NCBI RefSeq assembly: GCF_002113885.1
Contig: NW_018408484.1
Coordinates: 40,799-104,798 of the forward strand
Source: Mizuhopecten yessoensis
Taxonomy: Eukaryota
Length of the DNA stretch: 64,000 nucleotides
Direction: 5' to 3'
Both the position numbers and the translations under genes were made by a program. The notes under the pieces are model-generated. The model was not told where the DNA came from and did no database searches. It worked only from the letters and a program-made list of their open reading frames with translations. Below, piece by piece: positions 55,209 through 64,000 of this stretch. Numbering within the stretch: position 1 is the stretch's first letter; every line of letters starts with the position of its first letter.

Positions 55209-57703
55209 ACAAGGGAACCTTGAACATGTTCGGAAAAGAGTAAAAAAGGGTGAAATCGCAAAAACCCAATGAATTTTAGGAATTTTAACGTTTGGCTTCC
55301 AATATTTTACAAAAATAGTAATAAAATAATGCTTTCACAGATGTTTTGTTTTAACACTTTTAAGATTATGTTTTTTACAATAGAATATTAAAAATACACC
55401 GTATCGCTACGACAAATATAAGCCCCGCTTAATGAGAAATAAAGCACTGTACACAACGTTAAAATGAGGAAAATGGCGTTTGATCTAGTTTGTGGCTAGT
55501 GATCGTTGGAAGAGAAGTGGGCTACTCGGTTGTTCTAGGGCAGCCTTATCCATGGATGAATTGGCGGTTGGAGTAAAATTATGCAACTCATTCGGTTGTA
55601 TTGGAATAATGACCATTGGAGCAAGATTTTATCAAGCATACAACACTAGATGTTAAAGACAACATATAAGGTGGTTATACTTATAATACTGGTTTTCTTC
55701 GGGTCACCGACACTGTATTGAATTATTGTGTAGAATCTGTAACATAAGATGTATTCCCAAGTCGAGCCAATGACCGCTCATCTAGACAACCGCCGACTCG
55801 TTTATATATTCTATCTATTGTCCATCGCCCTACATTATAACAAACAGCATAGCTACTTGATGTTTCCCTCGGTTGTTTCGACATGATATTAACATTTGCA
55901 TTCTTGATAAGAACATGTGAACAATGGACAGTCTGTTGAAAGTCAGAGACCACAAGACGTTGACCTGGATCTGTACTGTGTCAAAGTGAATGAGGCAAGG
56001 CAATAATGGTGACCGCCGTAACAGCCGTCGAACAATGAATATGTACGTTGAAACAGCACAAAATAAAGATAAAAATTGTTGATAACTTGCAGTAAAATCA
56101 GAGAGCATATGTATATAACCCTTGCAGATTCGGAGAAATGTAAATAGGCAGCAGCTAGTTTGGGTCCCTACAAAATTGGGTTTTATTCGACAGTGACTTC
56201 AGTTAACTAACGGGACTTTGAAGAAACCTAAGAGTATCTATACTGTCCTCATAGCACCTCTAAGGACTTCTGTAATTTCTTTTCTATCAAGCATATGACC
56301 CTAGCTGTTATAGTATTCAGAACCCTCAACAAGACATAATCAGGTAAAAGTACTGATGCTGAAGCGCATTTATGATTATAATGACAGCTGGCACTCAGGT
56401 AAGTGGAATAATGAAGGCCAATGACATTTCTCATATTGTGATAACCGGCGACTTTAATGCAAATGCCCTAGTAGACCACCATTCGTCCCACTTACGCGAT
56501 ATACTTGTTTCCTTTAATCTAACTCAGATTGTTGAATCAACTTTTTATACATCTGTATAGTCTGTACTAATATTAATGCGCGTGACCTTTTCACCTCCTG
56601 GCCCACAACCCCCTCCACTGTTTACAAACATTGCGTAGGGACTATTTATATACTGAACACATAACATCAAGTGAATCAATCAATAACCGCATGTATAAAA
56701 TTTATTAAAATTGTATTTTAATTGTTTATTATACATGACTTCAGACAGGGCAAGCTTGTTGGAACATACTGAACATAAATAACCAAACACATGATTGAAT
56801 TGAAATTGGCCGTTTTATTTGTATAAACGACAATTGAAAATATTTCCAAAACATAAACCAATATGGAACATGTACATAAAATAGTTTGGTCCTAGGTGGG
56901 GATAAAACCGCCACTATGGTATCTGATAAATGTCACATTTTGTACATGCTCAGAAACCATCCCCCACCCGCAGCCCTGACTGAACATATTAAAATTTAAA
57001 GTAAAATTTAAAATAAAATAAAACAACATTTTGGCAAAATGTATCACACATGTATGATAGCATCAAAATATAAAACACTTTCAACAAAAACTAATCGTTG
57101 TTATAACGTGAGTTCTCCAATCACGTAGAACATATAAGTCAGTATTTATTCCAATGATGCTGGCTTTGAACCAGCCATAGAGATTTGAATGTCCTTAAAC
57201 TGTAAAACATGTGCTTTTGATTTGTTTAGGGCGATGTCCCCTACCCGTAAAAAAGCATGAAAGGCAAGTAGGTACATGGCTTTTAGCATACAGGCTTGAT
57301 AGTGGGAAACAGCTGTATGAGGTAATGACTGAACAAGTTTTTGTAAAATTGATGGTGTAATAGGTAACCTGGAGTCTGGACGGTATGAACCCCTTTGGAT
57401 TGCAGTTACCAACTTACCAAATGGTTGACGTAGCAAATTGTTGCTGGTGTAGATGTGCAATAAAATACACTAATGTGCCTACTGTGGTAGGCAAACATGT
57501 TTGGAGATGTGATGTGCTGACTACANTTATCCCCCACCCGCAGCCCTGACTGAACATATTAAAATTTAAAATAAAATAAAACAACATTTTGGCAAAATGT
57601 ATCACACATGTATGATAGCATCAAAATATAAAACACTTTCAACAAAAACTAATCGTTGTTATAACGTGAGTTCTCCAATCACGTAGAACATATAAGTCAG
57701 TAT

Positions 57704-58047
57704 TTATTCCAATGATGCTGGCTTTGAACCAGCCATAGAGATTTGAATGTCCTTAAACTGTAAAACATGTGCTTTTGATTTGTTTAGGGCGATGTCCCCT
57801 ACCCGTAAAAAAGCATGAAAGGCAAGTAGGTACATGGCTTTTAGCATACAGGCTTGATAGTGGGAAACAGCTGTATGAGGTAATGACTGAACAAGTTTTT
57901 GTAAAATTGATGGTGTAATAGGTAACCTGGAGTCTGGACGGTATGAACCCCTTTGGATTGCAGTTACCAACTTTTTAACCACAAAAGATTGGGTAGGGTC
58001 AGTGTGACCAGCCAGGCGGTTGATATAACCAATGGCTGCAATGTACG
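57704..58047 (-). pseudogene. tyrosine recombinase N-terminal half (truncated); near-duplicate at 57146-57525
   Basis: YIAAIGYINRLAGHTDPTQSFVVKKL..RLPIT..AFHAFLRVGD has the first catalytic Arg; stops before the HxxR and Tyr motifs. Confidence 0.85.
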
Positions 58048-58824
58048 NNNNNNNNNNNNNNNNNNNNNNNNNNNNNNNNNNNNNNNNNNNNNNNNNNNNN
58101 NNNNNNNNNNNNNNNNNNNNNNNNNNNNNNNNNNNNNNNNNNNNNNNNNNNNNNNNNNNNNNNNNNNNNNNNNNNNNNNNNNNNNNNNNNNNNNNNNNNN
58201 NNNNNNNNNNNNNNNNNNNNNNNNNNNNNNNNNNNNNNNNNNNNNNNNNNNNNNNNNNNNNNNNNNNNNNNNNNNNNNNNNNNNNNNNNNNNNNNNNNNN
58301 NNNNNNNNNNNNNNNNNNNNNNNNNNNNNNNNNNNNNNNNNNNNNNNNNNNNNNNNNNNNNNNNNNNNNNNNNNNNNNNNNNNNNNNNNNNNNNNNNNNN
58401 NNNNNNNNNNNNNNNNNNNNNNNNNNNNNNNNNNNNNNNNNNNNNNNNNNNNNNNNNNNNNNNNNNNNNNNNNNNNNNNNNNNNNNNNNNNNNNNNNNNN
58501 NNNNNNNNNNNNNNNNNNNNNNNNNNNNNNNNNNNNNNNNNNNNNNNNNNNNNNNNNNNNNNNNNNNNNNNNNNNNNNNNNNNNNNNNNNNNNNNNNNNN
58601 NNNNNNNNNNNNNNNNNNNNNNNNNNNNNNNNNNNNNNNNNNNNNNNNNNNNNNNNNNNNNNNNNNNNNNNNNNNNNNNNNNNNNNNNNNNNNNNNNNNN
58701 NNNNNNNNNNNNNNNNNNNNNNNNNNNNNNNNNNNNNNNNNNNNNNNNNNNNNNNNNNNNNNNNNNNNNNNNNNNNNNNNNNNNNNNNNNNNNNNNNNNN
58801 NNNNNNNNNNNNNNNNNNNNNNNN
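58048..58824. other. assembly gap (N run)
   Basis: About 777 N. Confidence 0.99.
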
Positions 58825-60801
58825 TTGGAGAACTCACGTTTTAACAACGATTAGTTTTTGTTGAAAGTGTTTTATATTTTGATGCTATCATACATGTGTG
58901 ATACATTTTGCCAAAATGTTGTTTTATTTTATTTTAGATTTTAATTTTAATTTTAATATGTTCAGTCAGGGCTGCGGGTGGGGGATGGTTTCTGAGCATG
59001 TACAAAATGTGACATTTATCAGATACCATAGTGGCGGTTTTATCCCCACCTAGGACCAAACTATTTTATGTACATGTTCCATATTGGTTTATGTTTTGGA
59101 AATATTTTCAATTGTCGTTTATACAAATTAAACGGCCAATTTCAATTCAATCATGTGTTTGGTTATTTATGTTCAGTTTGGTCCAACAAGCTTGCCCTGT
59201 CTGAAGTCATGTATAATAAACAATTAAAATACAATTTTAATAAATTTTATACATGCGGTTATTGATTGATTCACTTGATGTTATGTGTTCAGTATATAAA
59301 TAGTCCCTACGCAATGTTTGTAAACAGTGGAGGGGGTTGTGGGTCAGGAGGTGAAAAGGTCACGCGCATTGATCTGGTTATATAAACTGCTTACGCAGCA
59401 TCAGCTTACTACAGCCGCTGCAGACACCGCCTACAACCACAAAGATGGACACTGGTCAAGGTCAGTTTTGTTGTTTAAAGTACAATCATTTTTGACCCGC
59501 CTCCTCCCCATCTTCCTCCATCTGGTATTGCGGTACTTACCTGTTAATTATTATCCAGGTGGCGGTTTTATCCCCACCTAGGACCAAACTATTTTATGTA
59601 CATGTTCCATATTGGTTTATGTTTTGGAAACATTTTCAATTGTCGTTTATACAAATTAAACGGCCAATTTCAATTCAATCATATGTTTGGTTATTTATGT
59701 TCAGTTTGGTCCAACAAGCTTGCCCTGTCTGAAGTCATGTATAATAAAAAAAATGTAACCTTATCAATAAATGTTTTGTTGGAGAAAGCTTCCTTGACCA
59801 ACCGGTTAGATACCATTGTCAAATATACTGTTCTTTTAATATTTCAAAGCCAGTGCAGCAGGTGTTTAAGCGAAACGTTTGGCTTTTTGACCTAGGAAAT
59901 TACGATTTATTTAGGGAAAAACTAAGCTCAGTTAACTGGAATTTATTGAGTGATTTTGATGATATTAATGATGCTGTCAAAAAATTCTTATATATTTTAC
60001 TTACTATTGCTAAATCTTGCATTCCGAATAAAAAAATAACCATCAGATCTAATGAACCCCCTTGGCTATCAAACGAAATAAGGAGATTAATTCGTAAACG
60101 CAAGCGCGCTCATAAAAAAAGCCAAGCGTTCCCTTACTGAACCTCACTGGGCAAAGTTTCGTCGACTTCGTAACAAATGTGTTAACACAATCAAGCACGC
60201 CAAATTAACATATTTTTCACCATTGCTTCATAATAATAGCGCTGTCTCAGATGACTTTGAGAAAGCTTGCTTATTTAATGACTTCGTTTTTGCCCAGTCT
60301 ACAGTTGTTGACTACAATGTAAATCTCCCTAACATTAACGACGAATGGAATCATTCCTTATCTGATATTAACATCACAGCTAATGATGTCAGAGATGCTA
60401 TTCTTACCACTGATTGTTCTAAGGCCATTGGTCCTGACCTGGTAAATCCTCGTCTTCTTAAAGAATCGGTAAATATCATATAAAATCTGAACCCACATCA
60501 TAAATGTAATTAAATTAACTTTGTATTTAATTGTTGTTGTTTTTAAACATCAATTTTTATATGCAACTTCTCAAAAAAAGGATCAAACTAGTCTTCTTGT
60601 ATCATCCACAAGAGATCATGAGATATGCCAAGGGGTTCGGAGATTAAGAAATATTTTTAACAGGTCAATTAGATCTGGGGTATTCCCATCTGAATGGAAG
60701 TTTGCTAACGTCACCCCTGTGCATAAAAAAGATAACAAGTCTATATTAACTAATTACAGACCTATATCACTGCTATTGATCGTTGGTAAATTAATGGAAA
60801 A

Positions 60802-62058
60802 ATGTGTCTTCAAATATGTCTACATTCTTTTGCACACTCACACCCTCCATCTGGTTTTAACCACGGTGACTCACCAACAAATCAACTTCTTGCGATCATT
60901 CATGATATATATTTAGCCTTAGACAATGGTAAGGAAATACGTATGGTCTTTTGTGATATTAGTAAAGCTTTCGATCGTGTTTGGCATAAAGGCTTTCTTT
61001 GTAAATTATCCAGCTATGGGATTCGTAATTCGCTATCAGTTTGGTTTGAAAATTATCCTTCCGATCGAAAGCAGAGAGTTGTCATCAATGGTAAAAATTC
61101 AAATTGGTTAAATGTTAAGGCTGGTGTTCCACCGGGCTCAATTCTTGGACCTCTTTTATTTCTGATATATATAAATGACATTGTTAAAGATATACAAGCT
61201 AAAATAAAGTTATTCGCTGATGACACCTCTCTTTACGTAACTGTTGATATTCCTAGAGTCAAGGCAGATATTCTTAATAGTGACCTTAATACAGTTCATA
61301 ACTGGTCGCAAAGATGGTTAGTAAATTTTAACCCTTCCAAAACAGAAACCCTGCTCATTAGTAGAAAAACCATTAAACCTTTTCATCCTCCCTTAAATAT
61401 AGATAATAATAACATCTCTGAAGTTAATACAAACAAGCATTTAGGTATTTTTCCCTCTGGAAATGGTCATTGGAATGAACACATAAGTTATTTGATATCT
61501 AAGATTTCACTTAAAATGAATATCTTACGTAAAATTAAATTCTCTTTGGACAGGTATAGTCTCCAAACTATGTACTACACTCTTATTCGACCTGTATTAG
61601 ACTATGGAGATATCTTATGGGACTGCCTTACTAAAGCTCAATCTGAATTATTAGAAAATCTTCAATTAGAAGCAGCACGCATAGTCACTGGCGACACTAG
61701 ACTCACAAGTAGAATTAAACTGTATATTGAAACAGGTTGGCTTCCCCTCGAGGAAAGACGTAAACAGCACAAGCTTATTCTTTTCCACAAAATGGTTCAT
61801 GGTCTGGCTCCTCAATATCTTCTAGATATTCTACCTCAGCGTAACCGTAATTACCAAAACCATGATACTCGCACGGGAAATAATTTCCGTCCACTAGTTA
61901 GTCATACTAGTCTCTATAATAAATCTTTTTTGCCATCTGTCATCAGTATCTGGAACTCCTTGCCTGACTATGTCAAGAACGACCCTTCGATTTATAAACT
62001 TAAAACCTATCTACGCAAGCCCGCTCACAAAATTCAAATTTTCTACACTGTACTTTAA
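60802..62058 (+). CDS. LINE reverse transcriptase ORF fragment (non-functional)
   Basis: 418-aa open frame with RT motifs including FADD; frameshifted relative to the flanking ORF2 pieces. Confidence 0.9.
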   Translation: MCLQICLHSFAHSHPPSGFNHGDSPTNQLLAIIHDIYLALDNGKEIRMVFCDISKAFDRVWHKGFLCKLSSYGIRNSLSVWFENYPSDRKQRVVINGKNSNWLNVKAGVPPGSILGPLLFLIYINDIVKDIQAKIKLFADDTSLYVTVDIPRVKADILNSDLNTVHNWSQRWLVNFNPSKTETLLISRKTIKPFHPPLNIDNNNISEVNTNKHLGIFPSGNGHWNEHISYLISKISLKMNILRKIKFSLDRYSLQTMYYTLIRPVLDYGDILWDCLTKAQSELLENLQLEAARIVTGDTRLTSRIKLYIETGWLPLEERRKQHKLILFHKMVHGLAPQYLLDILPQRNRNYQNHDTRTGNNFRPLVSHTSLYNKSFLPSVISIWNSLPDYVKNDPSIYKLKTYLRKPAHKIQIFYTVL

Positions 62059-63722
62059 TGGTACCAGACTGGGACAGATACATCATGCTAGATTAAGAAT
62101 GGAGTGTAGTTCCCTTAAGTTTTATCTATACCAGAGAAATTTAATTGATAGTCCTCTGTGTTCTTGCATGCAAGCAAATGAAACCAATGTACATTATATA
62201 TTACATTGTTGTCTTTTTTCTCAACTACGTTTACGTACAATTAACGAAATCAACCATCCACTCTCAACTGATTTACTTTTGTTCGGGAATGATGAGCTTA
62301 CAGATGACGAAAGTACTTTAATTTTTTCATCTGTACAAAACTCCATCATCCATTCTAAAAGATTTGACGAAGTTCTATTAATTATACAACGATCCTTTGT
62401 TTCACATCACTTATTTCCTCTCCTTCTATTCTTATTGGCACGGGCATCTATAATTCCCTCCCCCTTACTATGCCATCATGCCTTAAATTAATGAAATAAA
62501 TTCTCGGAAACGGATTTATATAAGTTATTTCAACTTGTTTCCGGATCCCATTCCTCTGTACTTTGTATGGTATGTGATGTAATGCAACTTAATTTGGAAT
62601 GAATAACGTTTATATTAATGACGGTGATTGTAGACACTCTTGTAACAATGGGAACACCAGACTGGTGTCATAACCATTAGAACTGCTAATATCGCCGTCA
62701 ATGAGCTCAATGGGTGTCACTTTGGTAATTAATGTCATCGTCTGACAGTCAAAGATGGTGACAGTGGAACTATGTCGGTTTCAGGGAAGCCAAGATGGTG
62801 TCTGTTTCAGTGTTACGATCGGAGAGCGCGAGGGCAATGACTGTTGGAACTTATGTCACAGTCCTAGAGGGCATAGTCAATCTGATGGTAAGGATCACAG
62901 ACATTATAATACTCTGTGTATGTGACCTAGTCAGCCAGTGTATCATTTTCCACTTCACGTTAGATCGCGATATACGCTGACAATTGTGATTATGGGAGTA
63001 ACGAACAGCCTTTGACAACATGTATATAATCTTGAAATCAATTTCCCTGATAACAATGTGTATTACATGAGTTGTAATTAACTGTCCAATGACTATGATT
63101 CACATACAAATTAGTATGGTTGCTTCGGTACATTTGGCTCATCGCAGTAACCCCATCTGAAACATGCAATCCTCATCTAAAAAAGGAAGAAACAATTAAG
63201 CAAAGCCTTATAGCGGATCGTTAATTCAAGAGATCCGTCCGTCTGCCTGACGTTCGCTCGACACAGCACAGCAGTCGTATAGGGTTTCTGCTTAGTGTAT
63301 AGAAGCCTGCTAATGTTCACACTTAGCATGTGTAAGACTCGTGGACTAGCAGTAGGTTACGACTGGGGAAAAGGTCAACGTCTCCAAGTACTGGTCAAGT
63401 TTTATCGGAGCGACACAAATCAATTACACGGATAAGATGTAGACAATCTGACATTTAAAAGTTGTTTGTGAAACTCAAAAGTGTAGCCTTGTTTTCTGTG
63501 ATTAAGTTACTGGCCGCCGCCGAGCGAAGCAGTGTGACTGGTGGCCAGCCTCGACTGGAGCGCCCCATAATTGAACATCATCAGCACAACTTCGGTCCAT
63601 CCATTACCATCTCTATGAGAGGTGAGAGCAGGCACAGAATATTACGCAGTGCCTAGTCAATAATAGAATATGCTGAATCGACAAAAAAATATTTCTACAC
63701 CGAGATATCCCTTGGTATGGAT

Positions 63723-63953
63723 GGTCGGGTGGCGCAGTAGTGCATAACAAAGGCCAAGGCGGCCGGGGTTCGATTCCCCGATCGGATGTGAAAAGGTATG
63801 GGGTCACCTGCCCGAACACGTCGGTTTTCTCCGGGTACTCCAGTTTCCTCCCTCATTAACACTCGTGTGCTAATATTCGGGCATGAGAGAGTAATCAATA
63901 TAAGCTGAAATAACTTGTTTCATAATTATTTAAAAAAACAACTAAATATTAAA
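63723..63953 (+). mobile_element. tRNA-derived SINE with Meta-type central domain and CR1-like tail
   Basis: A-box GTGGCGCAGTAG, B-box GGTTCGATTCC, central GGTTTTCTCCGGGTACTCCAGTTTCCTCCC, tail ATATAAGCTGAAATAACTTGTTTC and an A-rich end. Confidence 0.85.
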
Positions 63954-64000
63954 AAGATATCGCCGGGTAAGCAAGAAATCAATCATTCCATTTCATACTT

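Larger units (their letters stand above)
56573..59750. mobile_element. tyrosine-recombinase retroelement (Ngaro/DIRS-like), deleted and rearranged, nested in the LINE
   Basis: YR fragments (DSRLPIT..LKAMYLLAFHAFLRVGDI) at 57146-57525 and 57704-58047 on the minus strand; 190-bp direct repeats 59031-59220 and 59559-59748 ending in AATAAA; inverted repeat 56575-57120 / 58825-59370. Confidence 0.85.
56412..62617 (+). mobile_element. 5'-truncated CR1-type LINE ORF2 (APE + RT), split by a YR element and a ~170-bp insert (~60480-60645)
   Basis: IVITGDFNAN..NLTQIV (APE) at 56430-56545; resumes VGESFLDQPVRYHC at ~59777; PWLSNEIRRLIRKRKR, KAIGPD, WKFANVTPVHKK..NYRPISLL, FCDISKAFDRVWH, GVPPGSILGP, LFADD and C-terminal CSC..ETNVHYILHC; several frameshifts; 3' UTR stem-loop. 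Confidence 0.95.

Noticed and set aside
57704-58864. Long 270-377 aa ORFs
   Set aside because: Artefacts of translating the N gap

Overview
AT-rich animal genomic DNA, most likely a bivalve mollusc (inferred from the SINE, Helentron-type MITE, Penelope-like and CR1 repeat families). No prokaryotic features, rRNA or CRISPR. About a quarter of the window is minisatellite arrays (units 12-60 bp). The one apparently intact gene is spliced, on the + strand, with phase-1 exons at 14737-14901 and 21750-22099; its first exon is not located. It encodes an acidic pro-like segment followed by a very cationic, Tyr-rich domain with an anaphylatoxin-like six-Cys frame (CC-x2-G-x9-C...C-x7-F-x2-CC). The splice donor of the upstream exon has been amplified about 80-fold as a 32-bp minisatellite. 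The 30-50 kb region holds decayed cell-surface-protein genes: a clear SMB/Cys-rich family-B GPCR pseudogene, two paralogous WSC-like exons and cadherin-like remnants. At 56-62.6 kb a CR1-type LINE is split inside its endonuclease by a tyrosine-recombinase (Ngaro/DIRS-like) insertion with split direct repeats and a long inverted repeat spanning an assembly gap. A Meta-type SINE nearby shares the LINE 3' tail motif. All assignments are by eye; no database searches were run.
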